Of a DNA stretch of 64,000 nucleotides, positions 49,640 to 63,106 are shown piece by piece. This DNA is from Octopus sinensis. Its lineage: Eukaryota. Position numbers and translations under genes: made by a program. The stretch's first letter is position 1. Each line of letters begins with the position of its first letter. The stretch lies in NCBI RefSeq assembly GCF_006345805.1, contig NC_042997.1, positions 23,374,001 through 23,438,000 of the forward strand, written 5' to 3'. Under the pieces are notes generated by a model. It was given only the letters and a program-made list of their open reading frames with translations, had not been told where the DNA came from and made no database searches.

Positions 49640-49912
49640 CTGCTATGGACCATCTACAAATGGATTGAAAATTAAAATATGGTCATATGTGTAATCCAGC
49701 AAGGAACCGGTTTTCCAACCACATCCTGTACTGATCATAAACATATTGAATGCGTCCATAATAAGGTTCTGTTGAACAGATGGGTAACTACTGATGAAGT
49801 GGTAAAGAATATGCAAATTTGTACTGGTTCTGCTAATGAAATAATCCACAAAAGACTAGGATATGTTTATCATAACAACTGATGTTTCAAATTTGAACAT
49901 GTTCCACAATGA
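49640..49912 (+). mobile_element. Mariner transposase N-terminal fragment
   Basis: IYKWIE...HIECVHNKVLLNRWVTTDEVV...GSANEIIHKRLGY, an HTH region. Confidence 0.6.
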
Positions 49913-50074
49913 CTAGAGAGAGACATTTGATGCACATACAACTAATTTTCTTGCCAATAGGAAAAAAAAAATTTAAGTGGATTGCAGGTAATTAATGATT
50001 CATTTTCATATATTATTAAGTAATCAATCAAAAAGATTTGAGTGATCAGCCAATAATTTGCAAGGGTGTAAATT

Positions 50075-51546
50075 CTAGCCATAAAATTTCAACAGACCAG
50101 GAATTTCAATGACAAAAAGTTGACCTACAGAGTTAAAAGCCAGTGAAACAGGTTGTTCAATTTCATCCTCATCTGAAAGATAAATACTATCAAATGTCAT
50201 TTCTGGGGTAAATTTATAAATTCTATTGCTATCTTTATCTGCTAAATAGATAAAACCATCTGCATCTAGAGTAACACCTAAAGGACACTGTAACTGGTTG
50301 ACACCATAGTCACCAATAAAGGCTGAAGAAACCCTACCAGATTTATCACAACAAAATAAACTTTTTTTTTTCCAATCTGAAACAATAAATTTTTGATGAC
50401 AACTGACGGTTATATATTCAGGTTCACAAAACAGTGGTCTGCGTTCATTTTCAAACCCAATTGTTTTGATCAGAACTCCATCATACAAAATATCTATAGC
50501 AGGTGGATTTGAAGAACAACATACTAGAGTCATTTTAGATTCATCATAGGCCACTGCCCAATATGCCTTGGCAACACTTAGTTGTTTTTTAAGGTTCATT
50601 GTTTCAGAAACAAATGCAATTTTCAAAATATCTGGAAGCGTAACAACTACTTCGGACAGACTGGCTATGTAATCGATTCCGTAGGGGCCAGACATCAGCT
50701 CACAGCAAGTTAAATGGTTATCTTTAGTAATCATTTTCAGCTTCCTGTTTGTGTAATCACTGACTACAACAGAATCCTGTGCAGTTACACATATACCAGT
50801 CAGATGAACACTAAGCTCAGAATCCATTAAAAGGTTTGTACTGTACCTAAAAGACAATCGCCGCGTGCTTGAATGCTTTCTCGTTGGAGAGAATACTTCA
50901 TGAGTAAAAATGTCAGACTGAATGGAATCAGTAAGCTTACCAAGATTTGAAGTGTGGCGGAGAATGTCACACACAGCAGCTCCTGGTTCAAAATGAAGAT
51001 CAGAAATATGAATATTTTCCAACTTAGTTTTTATTTCTCTATGCTGAGAGGTGTTTTTGGTCATAAAACTTGAAACATCATCCCAAATCTTTAAGAATTC
51101 CCTTTCTTGGGAATTTTTCACTGATAAGGCACTATTTATCACCTCAACCTTTGTATTTAACATTTCAATACTATTATCACAATCTTCTTGTATTTTTTTC
51201 AATAAATTTATCTTAATCAGGGAGTTAGTGTGTACTTGATCCAGAAGTTTTTCTTCCTGCTCCAAAAGGAGCTTGTTGACACGAATCCGAATTGACTGAA
51301 TTCCTTGCTTAAGATTGTCCCCATGGCTTTTGTTCTTGTCCAGTTTCTTTGTGATAAGCTCTCGTAGATAATTTATATTGTCCTTTTGGAGACTCAAGAT
51401 GGAGTTATAAACTTGACCCAACTGCAATTTGTTTTCGACAGCTAATTTCAAGGGATAAACTTTTTCACAATATTCATGGTCTACAGATGCACACCTATCA
51501 CAGCAAAATGCACTACATTTCAAGCAGTACAAATTTTGATTTTTAT
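50075..51546 (-). CDS. TRIM-NHL-like protein, large terminal exon (partial B-box, coiled coil, NHL-like beta-propeller)
   Basis: From the 523-aa ORF. The first ~33 codons are pyrimidine-rich and look intronic, ending at tttaatttcag (acceptor AG at 51548-51547). B-box-like LYCLKCSAFCCDRCASVDHEYC, a long heptad-rich helix, and NHL-like repeats (LTGICVTAQDSVVVSDYTN; CPLGVTLDADGFIYLADKDSNRIYKF; QPVSLAFNSVGQLFV). Stop at 50075. Confidence 0.88.
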
Positions 51547-51907
51547 CTGAAATTAAAAAACAAAAAATATTAATACAACTATCAAGAGAAATAAATGAAA
51601 AAGAAATAAAATTACAGCACACATGCCTCTGTGTGTATGTACCCACTTAGACAAGTTAATTCTAAGTTTATATCATTATCATTTATTATGCTCCAACTGA
51701 AAATAGCCATACCAAAAGTGTGTGTGTGCACATAAAACAAGCAGAATAGGATTGATATGTAAAATTACTGTTCTACACACCATTTACATTTTAGTCAAAA
51801 TACACAAAATATGTATTATCAGTTCAAATGGCTTGAAAAAAATAGTAACTAACATAATAATGCTGGAGGTGGAATTTGTGACATAGTAACAGCTAGTTTA
51901 GAGTTAA

Positions 51908-52127
51908 CCCTTTCATTACTGTATTTATTTTGAGATGCTCTGCGTTTCTTTCAATTACTTTAAATATAACAAAGCGTTTATTAAAATAACTTAGTTATCA
52001 CTCAGCTAGTGTTAGGAACATAAATTGTGACTAAGATTTGGTGGAAAATTTTAATTCGAAACTTATGAAAACAAGACATTTGTACTCAGAGCCAGAGCCG
52101 GTTTCAGCCGGGTTGGTATCAAAAGGG
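51908..52127. mobile_element. piggyBac-type MITE family 2, copy 1
   Basis: TTAA|ccctttc...aaaaggg|TTAA, 220 bp. A related diverged copy lies at ~12082-12304. Confidence 0.85.
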
Positions 52128-53491
52128 TTAAATACATTTTGACAACTACATGTATCATAAACAAAGCAAAGGCCAAACCAAGTGAGGCTTTACATAGTTG
52201 GTCTATCTACTAAAAATAGTAGCCAAATTTCCAAATGACACTATAGTAGTATCTTAAAAAGTAAAGAAAATATTAGGTAATTTGACCCTGAATATGCAAA
52301 AAAAAAAAAAAAAAAAAAAAAAAAGTCATAGCTGGAATGCTTTTCAATGTAAGTTTACATGATCATAGTCAACCTGAGATGATAATAATAATAATAATAA
52401 TAAATAAGTGCTATATGAGAAGCGAGATAGTGTGTAGGCAGTGATGGTACAAAGATTTATAGAAACTGGAATAGATAGAGAAGAGTATGATCTACTACAT
52501 ATATATTAAACTGGTGAAAGCAAAGTAAAGATGAATTTTAAAATAAATATCAATATATACTGGATGTATTGCTACAGGAATGTTATGTGATTGGTAAGAA
52601 AAGTACAATAACTATGCAGTGGAAGATAACTACAGTAAATAAAATCCAAGATGAAATAATGCAAAATTAGCACCTTCAGATATTTTATTAGAAACTATAC
52701 ATTAAAGAATTCAAACATTTTTATTGCAGTTGTTATATAATAAAAAATGTTTAACACTTAATATCAACACCACTGAAGCCATATATAAAATAATACAAAA
52801 TGCTCTATTTTAGAAGGTTTATATATAAAATGCAATTTATCATAATTTATATGCAAGGAACACTTTTTTTATTTTGCTTTTACTAAACCCCGTTCAAATT
52901 TAAGCAGTTAATTGAAACACAATGCCACTATGTTCCATCAGAAACCATCATCATCATTTAAATCTCCATTTCCCATGCTAGCATGGGTGAGTCACAAAAT
53001 GATTAAAGATAACATTTTAGTGTTTTGCAATTCTTTATCATAATAGTGTTGTTAATAAGTGTGACCTGCATATTTTCAATCAAAAATACAAATTAACACT
53101 CCTACAACAACATGGTTTATCTAGTTTCTAAATTTATCTACTCTAAACAGGTCATTTACAACACATTATTAGCTATCTTTTCCTTTTAAAAACAGAACTT
53201 TAAGAAATAAGATAGATTTGAGTGTTAATGTGTAATAATTACAATCATAAATTAACATGTCCACACATCATTTTCAGATTCAAATCTTCAAAATTTTAAA
53301 TATCTAATCCTGTATTATATCCTTTCAGTTTGAAGAGGTTTTCTCCAACAGTAGGAGTCCTCCCATACAAGTAATTAGGTCTGATATAAAAATAGCACTC
53401 ATAAACAAAAACATAGTTTGTCGGTAATGATATTATGACTAGTGTAAGCAAAGTGGATAACTATCTAAATCTTAAAATTAGATTAGTTTAA

Positions 53492-53711
53492 CCCTTTCGT
53501 TACTGTATTTATTTTGAGATGCTCTGCGATTCTTTCAATTACTTTAAATATAACAAAGTATTTAGTAAAATAACTTAGTTATCATTCAGCTAGTGTTAGG
53601 AACATAAATTGTGATTAAGGTTTGGTGGAAGATTTTAATTGAAAACTTATGAAAACAAGACATTTGTATTCAGAACCAGAGCCGGTTTCAGCCGGATTGG
53701 TAATGAAAGGG
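53492..53711. mobile_element. piggyBac-type MITE family 2, copy 2
   Basis: TTAA|ccctttcg...gaaaggg|TTAA, highly similar to 51908-52127. Confidence 0.87.
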
Positions 53712-55769
53712 TTAAACAATTTGTGATATTTTTTTATGTTAAAAAGTTCTGTTAAATTTAAATATTTGAAAGGCTTTGGGAATAGGTGTTTTAAATGGAA
53801 ACTTATTTGAATACTATCTCATATTTAATCATTAAATAAATGCAATATTTCGAACTGGTAAAATTAAAATTCTTTAAAAGCAGATAATTTCTTAGAAATT
53901 GATAAAAGGTGATGAGATACTAGCATGGCTGCATGGTTAAGTAGCTTGCTTTGTAACCACATGGTTTCAAGTTCAGTCCCACTGCATAGCAGCTCAAGCA
54001 AGTGTTTTCTAATATAGCATCAGGCTAACCAATGCCTTGTGAGTGGATTTAGTAGATGGAAACTGTGTGGAAGCTCGTAATATATATATCTATGTATGTA
54101 TTTGTGTCTGTGTTTGTCCTTCTCTCCACCTAACTAGTGTTAGTTTCTTCACATCTTCATAACTTAGCAGTTTGACAAAACAGACAGAACTACCCAAATT
54201 TAAAAAATGAGAACTGGAGTCAATCTGTTCAAATAAAACTTTTCAAGGCAGTACCCCAGCATGGCCACATTCTAATGAATGAAACAAGTGAAAGATAAAG
54301 AATAAGAATTCTATTGTTTTGAGTAGAAAGCCTTTTTATTTCCAACAATCTGATGTCAATTTAATATAACCTTCAAATTATTTCTCCAAACAGTGTAAAG
54401 TTTTCTTCAAATCACATTATATGCTCATGTAGTGAAAATCATTTCAAATTTTTAAGAATAAATTCCAACTGACGTAAAATAGGCTAGAAGTTACTGTGAG
54501 TATTTCCATGCGCTAGTTACTTGAAAGAAGATACAACATACAATGAATTTGGAAGATAACTGCCAATTAAAACCCCCAGTAGATTAACTTTTTAAAGAAT
54601 ATACTAATGTCAGCTGTTATCTCTGCAAAGAATACAGTTCTATGTTTAAGTACAGCAAGGCTGTGAAAAATACCATATGTATGCAAGAGCTGATAATATC
54701 TACTATTTCAAGACTAGATTCAAATGAAACTAAACATAAAATGATTAAGAAAAAGTGGCCAATTGAGTTAAGCAAGCAAAATTATAACATTGCAAACCAG
54801 TCTTTAATTTAAAACAGGAATTTTATTTATTCAAAATATTGTTCAGGTAACTCCATCATCATCATTTAACATCCGTTTTCCATACTAGCATTGGTTGGAC
54901 AGTTTGACAGCAACTGGTAAACCAGAGAGCTACACCAGGCTCCATCTGTCTGTTTTGGTATGGTTTCTACAGCTGGTTGCCCTTCCTAACACCAACCACT
55001 CAGAGAGTGTACTGGGTACTTTTTATGTGGCACCAGCAGGGTCACCAAGTAGCTTGGAAGACGAAAACCTCTCAGCTAAGAGAGGAAAGTGGCTGTCGGA
55101 GAAAATATCTGGCTATCCCAGTAAGATAGGGAAGGTGGAGAGAGAGAGAGAGAAATAGATGGTGTTAGAGATGTATTAGGGGCTATTTACAGGGAACAGT
55201 GAGGAGGAGTATAAGTAGTACAGCAGGGATAAGAGTGTGATGGGGATGTTCCATAAAGTGTGAGGAAAAATGTTTACAGATGGGGAAGACATGACAATAA
55301 CAAGTGATGGTGAGAGAAAATGGAGTGGCTGGGAGTGGGGTCGAGTAGATATGTTAGAGCATGGAGAGTGTGTGCTGATGTGAGAGAGAATGGAGGGGCC
55401 TACAGCTAGTGGAAATCATGGGCAGTGGGATGGTGGTATAAAATTTGAATAACAATTGAGCTGTAATAGCTGTTTAGCTATAAGTCAAGACCAACCCACC
55501 TCTTTAGGTACTGTATCTAAGACTACATTATTGAAGATACACAGCTTTAAGATGGCAGGATTTGGTACGATGTAGAATTGGTTGCTATTTCTAACAAGTC
55601 AAGCAAGCTTGAGTTGTAGCTGTTAAATGAACAGTCAAATATTTCAATTATACTAGCTGCCTTATTAAAGCATTAAACACATACTAACATTTTAGGTGTT
55701 GGTGTAAATGAACACCAAAATTTAGGGCTGAAAAAGATATTCCAAAGATTAATTCAATTTTCATACACA

Positions 55770-56880
55770 GACCTGTTGAGGCAAGTGAAAATCAAACCAA
55801 ATCAAAATAGATGAATATCAATGGAATTTGTATCTTTGTGGTTCCAGTACCGGTGGCACACAAGAAAACCATCCGAAGTGGCCGTAGCTGGTACCGCATC
55901 GACTGGCCTCCGTGCTGTGGGCACAACAAACACCATCTGATCGTGGCCGTTCGCCAGCCTCACCTGGCACCTGTGTCGGTGGCACATAAAAACACCATCC
56001 AAAGACCCGGCGACGTAGTCAGTCCACCTGTGCATACCTTCCCTCTTATGACACTTGTGAAGACCTGTTGAGGCAGAGGCAAGTGTGTGACACTTGTGAA
56101 GACCTGTTGAGGCAGAGGCAAGTGTGTGACACTTGTGGAGACCTGTTGAGGCAAGTGTGTGACACGCGTGACACTTGTGAAGACCTGTTGAGGCAAGTGA
56201 AAATCAAACCAAATCAAAATAGATGAACATCAATGGAATTTGTATCTTTGTGTTCCAGTACCGGTGGCACACAAGAAAACCATCCGATCGTGGCCGTTCG
56301 CCAGCCACATCTGGCACCTGTGTCGGTGGCACATAAAGACACCATCCGAAGACCCGGCGACGTAGACAGTCCACCTGTGCATACCTTCCTTCTTGTGACA
56401 CTTGTGAAGACCTGTTGAGGCAAGTGACACTTGTGAAGACCTGTTGAGGCAAGTGAAAATCAAATCAAATCAAAACAAATCAAAATAGATGAGCATAATG
56501 GAATTTGTATCTTTGTGGTACCAGTGCCGGTGGCACACAAGAAAATCATCCGAACGTGGCCGTAGCCAGTACCGCATAGACTGGCCTCCGTGCTTTGGGG
56601 ACGTAACAAACACCATCCGATCGTGGCCGTCCGCCAGCCTCATCTGGCACCTGTGTCGGTGGCACATAAAAACACCATCCGAGCGTGGCCGTCTGCCAGC
56701 CTCGTCTGGCACCTGCCAGCCTCATCTGGCACCTGTGTCGGTGGCACATAAAAACACCATCCGAGCGTGGCCGTCTGCCAGCCTCGTCTGGCACCTGTGT
56801 CGGTGGCACATAAAAAAACACCATCCGAGCGTGGCCGTTCGCCAGCCTCGTCTGGCACCTGTGTCGGTGGCACATAAAAT
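55770..56880 (+). repeat. Higher-order tandem repeat in an RTE-type 3' UTR
   Basis: Three long units (~55770, ~56180, ~56440) separated by arrays of a 27-35-nt gacacttgtgaagacctgttgaggc unit, then several ~60-nt aacaccatccgagcgtggccg...ggcacataaa units leading into the RTE tail. Confidence 0.9.
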
Positions 56881-58811
56881 CACCCACTACACTCTCGGAG
56901 TGGTTGGCGTTAGGAAGGGCATCCAGCTGTAGAAACACTGCCAGATCTGACTGGCCTGGTGCAGCCTTCGGGCTCCCCAGACCCCAGTTGAACCGTCCAA
57001 CCCATGCTAGCATGGAAAACGGACGCTAAATGATGATGATGATGATGATGATGAAGGCAGAGCTGCCTTGGCAGCATTGTAGGCCTCTGGGCAAATGAAT
57101 GTACTGGGCCCTAGTCAGCAACAGCATACATAGATCAGAATTGGGTCCTGGGCAACTACCCAGTTTGACCAGGATTTAAGACAGCCCTGATACAAGGTAT
57201 GCAACAATGTATAGATTATTTGGTTTGAACAGAATACATTAAAATAAATGAAACAGGATCTTTGAGAGACAACTGTTTAGCAGATTCTTTCATAGATCTT
57301 AAGTAAGGCCAGTTAATAAACTGTTGGTGACACAGAGAAATACACTCCTAACATTGTTGAAGATACCAACAATTCACACACACACCAAGGGAAAACAAAT
57401 TCAAAAACAAGCTATGCCAAGCCACCCAAAATAAAGTCTTCTAGATAAGTCTGATAATGAATAAAAATATTTAGTCTATAATTGTTAGGCCACAAAATAT
57501 ATAACCTGCCTATGCTACACATTTATAATAAGCCAGGGGCAACACAGTGCATTTTGCCACGCAATTATGAACTGAATATGCAAGGCATGCATGTATGCAG
57601 CACAACCTCCTCAAGAAATTTCGTAACAGAAACTACTTTTACATTACAGCTCTATCCCAATTGTCAAAATTGTTATGGTTACTGCATTAAGTTTATATCT
57701 GACTGGACAATTACTCATTGTTACCATTGCATTAGCAACCTAATTCCTACAATACTGCATTAACATACTTGTTAACTTTGGTGCCCACAACATATCATCT
57801 AGAACGTGGACAGTTCTTAGTTCATTACTGAAAAGTTAACTTACTTTGCAATGCAATGTGGAAAAAAGATTGCAAGCCAATGCTAAAGTTTTTTTTTGAC
57901 ACTTTCCCTATGATGTCGATAAATAATGAAGCCAATGTTTTTGTAGTATCATCAGGAAAATCACTTGAGTGAAATTACAATTTCATTTTACTGTATTAGA
58001 GAAACTAATTTTAAATTAGTAGGATTAAACCAAATTGTAGGTTTAGTGAAAATTTAAATATTTTCAACTCAATACTGATAGCTATTTTTTAATGTAACAA
58101 TAAAGACTTCTTAAAGTAAGACTCAGCGGAATAAACATATAACCAATATTATACATAATCTCCTGCTCTTCAGACAATACCCATCAGGACAGTATAGTTG
58201 GTATATGAGACCTTTGACTTCAACTTCTCAATTTTTAGTACTACCAACTCCAACAAACACCTCTCTTAGGCTAATCATATATACATTATACTATTTGAAA
58301 ACACTTATATATATATATATATATATCTCATCATTTAACATCCGCTTTCCTTGCTGGCATGGGTTGGACGGTTTGACTGAGGACTGGTGAACCAGAGGCT
58401 GCACTAGGCTCAATCTGATCTGGCAAAGTTTCTATAGCTGGATGTTGTTCCTAACACCAACCACTCCAAGAGTGTAGTGGGTCTTTTACGTGACATTGGC
58501 ACAAGGGCCAGTCAGGTGGTTCTGGCAACAACCACACTCAAAAGGTGTTTTTTTACGTGCTACCTGCATGGGAACCAGTCTGCCAGCACAGGCAACAATC
58601 ATGCTCGAATGTTGTTTTTCACATGCCTGTTAGGCAACGATCACACTCAAATGGTGCTTTTCATGTGCCCGGGAGCCAATCCGTGACCCTGGCATCGATT
58701 GCGCTCAGATGTGCTTTTAACATTCCACTGTCACAAGTGCCAATCAGGCGGTACTGTCATCAGCCACGTCAGCTTTTCATAAGTGGGTATAGGCTATGGG
58801 CCATGGTCTCA

Positions 58812-59550
58812 CTTGGTGCTTGACACTTTTATAGAAAACCCATTTCTCATAACCTGTCACTATTTGATCCAAAAAACGTTCATTTGCTAGACATGACAAC
58901 GAAGAAGAACACACATTCACTCTCTGTGTGCGATTACTCAGAAAGTTTGTAAGGAACCCATTGACCCAATTAGCTGACTTTTCTGATGACATGCAGATGT
59001 CGAATGGTTGAACGACCAAATCCAAGCAGCTCTGCTAGTTCCTCAAAAGTTATGATGGGATTTTGTTCCACCAGGGTTTGCAGGATGTCCCCATTGAGCT
59101 CTATATATCTTCCAGGACAAGGCTCGTCTTCTAGGCTGTAGTATCCAGCTCGGAATTTCTCAAACCACCGTTGACACTGGCTTACACTTATTATTCAATC
59201 CCCCATATATTGCATTAATATTCCTTGCACTTTCTATTGCCTTTATTGAACTCGTAAAGCAAAACATTGCTCCATCTGATTATCATTTATTCCACAGTCT
59301 TCAAAATCATTTGGACAGAAAAAAATATGAATTCTGTAGACGAGGTCAGAACAGTAATGGAGGAGTATTTTTTGTCATGCGCAAGTGAATTTTGAAAGAG
59401 GGGCCTTGCAAGTCTACCAGATAGATTGAAGAGCATTGTAGAAAATGAAGGAGAGTATATTTTAGATTAAAAAAGAACTTTGTTTATCTTAATTTTGAAA
59501 AGTAAAAGAAGTATTTAAAAAAACAGAATTATTTATGGGATGACCCAATA
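58812..59550. mobile_element. Rearranged mariner (N-terminal half inverted)
   Basis: Minus strand 59262-58812: LLYEFNKG...QCQRWFEKFRAG...FLDQIVTGYEKWVFY. Plus strand 59263-59470: IAPSDYHLFHSLQNHL...ENEGEYILD*, then a TIR-like end tgacccaa-ta. Confidence 0.82.
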
Positions 59551-62500
59551 TATATATAGACATGGTGAATTGTGAAGCCTTCTATTTTATATTATTTATG
59601 GAAGTTACAAACACAAATTAAGCTTACAAAATTTAAAGAGGCTGTTTATATCAAAAGACTGAAAAAGGGACAAAAGAAATGAACTATAAAAACACTACAA
59701 AAGAAGATTAATATCTTAGCTGCCCAATTTAAAAAATGTAAAGTACTTCATAAAACTAAATGACTGAACACCTAGCTCCAGCATGACCGCAGCTTTCAGG
59801 CTGAAACTGGTTAAAGAGTTAATCCTTTAAGATCTGCTTCATTACATTAAATGAAAGAAAAATTATACTGTAAAATGTTTCTTTCTAATTTTGACACAAA
59901 GCCAACTGGTACTTATTTTATTGACCCTGAAAGGGTGAAATCAAAGTTCAGAATACTGATATAGTATTCTGAAGTGTCATATATACATATGGGTATTTGA
60001 AGATTTTTTTTTCCTGGCAGGGACAATGAAGGTTGAAGCTTATTGCACAACAAACTGTGCCCTTTGCATATCCAGATTGTCTTCAATTTTCATATTTTTG
60101 CTTCATTATGTAGGTGGTCTGTGGGTGTCAGAGCCAAGGGGTCAGTCAGAAGCAGTTATTCGGTTGCTGACGTTAGTTGATAAAAAGGCACTTGTTCTAA
60201 CTAAGTGTAATATAATAGATTAAACTTTCCAATTACACATAATTTGACTATTTTCTGCACTGAAAATAATCAAACCAGACTTAAAAGCTACGACAGGGGA
60301 TTCTCACAGAAGCAGTTTTGTTTCAAAGAACAAGATGATAGAAAATTTGGGATTTATATTTTTCAGTTAACTTTTATTCTTAAGAGTTACTTTTTCTTTA
60401 ATAGGGATAAAATTTTCAATATTTTACAGTTCTAATGCTACTGAGTCTGACTGTAACAGTATTCTAAAACACTCTTCTGCTGAATCAAGACAAAAGAAAA
60501 CACTTGGATACAAAAATAAACATCAATAATCTCACTGGCACCAAGCAATGTTCTGGAGTGCAAACCACGAACAATGAGGGCATAGAAAGACCAACTGTTA
60601 CACTATGAGAGTTCACCTTGCTTGTCTTGGCTGAAAGCAGTAATGGACTACATGGGAGTTCAGAAATTGACTCAGGTGGGGGATACATGAGATAAGTAAG
60701 AAGAGAGATCTGTAGGTCATACATTGTTATTCTATTGACCTGGGGAAGTATCTATGTAGTCAATCAACCCACTAATTAAACCTCTTTTTTAAAAAAGGAG
60801 GAATATACTGGATAAAGTGGTGCTAGTTATACTAGGCCTTTGAAAAAAAAAGAAATCAAAATAGTCATAGTCAGCACACCTTTGATCATAAGCTTGCTCA
60901 GGGCTTCAAACAAGAACATAAGCAGTGAATATTGTGACAGTTTTCACAAAGCAGCATTAAAGAAATGAATAGAAAATACAGTAAAACTAACAAGGTCTCT
61001 ACATGGTTATTTGACCAGCTTTAAAATATAAGCTAAATCACTCCTAAATCACACTTCATAGTCCTATATAAAGACAGGTACTTTAGATATTACAGTTCTA
61101 CATAGGACTGTAAGATCTAAAGACAAGATGTTCATAGTTGCAATGCTTTAGAACAGATCTTCAACCTGGATTAAGTAGGCGCTAAACAACAAAAACCATC
61201 TAATTTATGTTGTCAGTATCAGGCCAGACTAAATAATTTTCCGTTAAAAGTCATGATGGTAGTAAACCTATTTTTTAAAAAATGGGTCTTGCATTCCGAG
61301 TTTAAATGCTGCCGAGATCAACTTTGCCTTTCATTTCAGGTCATTAAAATAAGTACCAGTAAAATACTAAGGGTTTATTTACTCAATCCCCCAACCCAAA
61401 ATCTGGCTTTGCACCTTTATTAGAAGTATTATTAAACTAAAAAGAAGGCGGCGAGCTGGCAGAAACGTTAGCACGCCGGACGAAATGCGTGGCGTTCCGA
61501 GTTCAAATTCCGCCGAGGTTGACTTTGCCTTTCATCCTTTCGGGGTCGATAAATTAAGTACCAGTTACGCACTGGCAGCGATGTAATCGACCTAATCCGT
61601 TTGTCTATCCTTGTTTGTCCCCTCTGTGTTTAGCTCCTTGTGGGTAGTAAAGAAATATATTAAACTAAAAACCAGAATTTAATGGCTAGCAAAGCAAGAT
61701 GTTTAAAATCATTTAACTTTTTTTCTTTTTTATATTTCATAATTGCAAATTTCCAGCTAAATTTAACAGAGTAAAAAGAATTGAGCTTCATGTTGATCTT
61801 TACACATGACATGTGCCAACAATAACTTGAAAACTTGTTCTAAAGTCATGATGTAACTAAAGCTCAAATTTTCAAATGAAGAAAATTTATAAAACACTGA
61901 ATACAATAAAAAAAAAATCTTATGTACATAGCATGGGTATGTAGTAAGAAGCTTGCTTCTCAACCACATGGTTCCAGGTTCAGTCCTATTGCGTGGTACC
62001 TTGGATAAGTATCTTTTACTATAGCCTCAGGCTGACCAAAGCCTTGAGAGTAGAATTGGTAGACGGAAACTGAAAGAAGCCCGTTGTATATATATATGTT
62101 TATGTATATATTTGTCTCCCCTGACATTGCTTGACAACTGATGCTGGTATGTTTATGTCCCTATAACTTAGCAGTTTGGCACAAGAGACTGATAGAATAA
62201 GTACTTGGCTTACAAAGAATCAGTCCTGGGACTGATTTCTTCAACTAAAACTCTTTAAAAGGTAGTGCTCCAGCATGGCCACAGTCAAATGACTGAAACA
62301 AGTGAAAGAATATAATCATTGTCATTGATGATTATATGCATAAACTTTACAATGCACACGTGGGTGGGATGAAATTCACTTAGGTAGACGTCCTTCCTTA
62401 TCACTTATTTTGAAGTAAGGTAACATTTCTCCCTAGTCCTCTAAACACAATCAGATATTTCTAGGAAAATTACAAATGAATGGCACCGTTTGTATGATAG

Positions 62501-62898
62501 TGATGTTTATTTACAACTAGCATGTGATGTTAAGACAAGGAGTCAAGAGCACACACATCATGCATATATACACCAGGCTTCTCTCAGTTTCCATCTTTCA
62601 AATACACTCACAAGGCTTTGTTTTACTCAAGGCAAGAGTAAAAGGCATTTGTCCAAGGTGTCATGCCATGGGATTGAACTCAAAACCACATGGTTGGAAA
62701 GTTAATTTGTATCAGTTTGCTTGAGCATAGGACCAAATCAGGTACACCAGTATCTATCAAGTAAATTATCCAAAATTGTGAAGCTTGACATAATTATACC
62801 AAAGTTGGTTTGGCCTTAAAAACATAAAAAGTATTCCATCAAACCTTATTTGGTATAATTTTAAAATATTTCACCTTTTGTATTTATTTCAGTTTTAA

Positions 62899-63106
62899 CC
62901 CTTTCGTTACTGTATCTATTTTGAGATGCTGTGTTTCTTTCAATTACTTTAAATATAACAAAGAATTTAGTAAAATAACTTAGTTATCATTCAGCTAGTG
63001 TTAGGAATATAAATTGTAACTAAGGTTTGGTGGAAGATTTTCATTCAAAACTTATGAAAACAAGATATTTGTACTCAGAGCCAGAGCCGGGTTGGTATCA
63101 AATGGG
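62899..63106. mobile_element. piggyBac-type MITE family 2, copy 3
   Basis: TTAA|ccctttcg start with the same body; right end degenerate. Confidence 0.8.

Noticed and set aside
51547-51646. N-terminal extension MGTYTQRHVCC... of the 523-aa ORF
   Set aside because: It reads as a polypyrimidine tract ending in a strong ttttaatttcag acceptor, so it is most likely intron read-through; the ATG start is not trusted.
55770-56880. CRISPR-like repeat/spacer appearance
   Set aside because: The intervening segments are copies of each other rather than unique spacers, the DNA is eukaryotic with no cas genes, and the array runs into an RTE tail.
60485-60724. 79-aa minus-strand ORF as the TRIM 5' exon
   Set aside because: No RING or B-box motif, no CxxH before a usable donor, and only weak splice sites.
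60890-60960. LLCENCHNIH resembling a B-box 1 fragment
   Set aside because: Stop codon shortly after, and no acceptor or donor.
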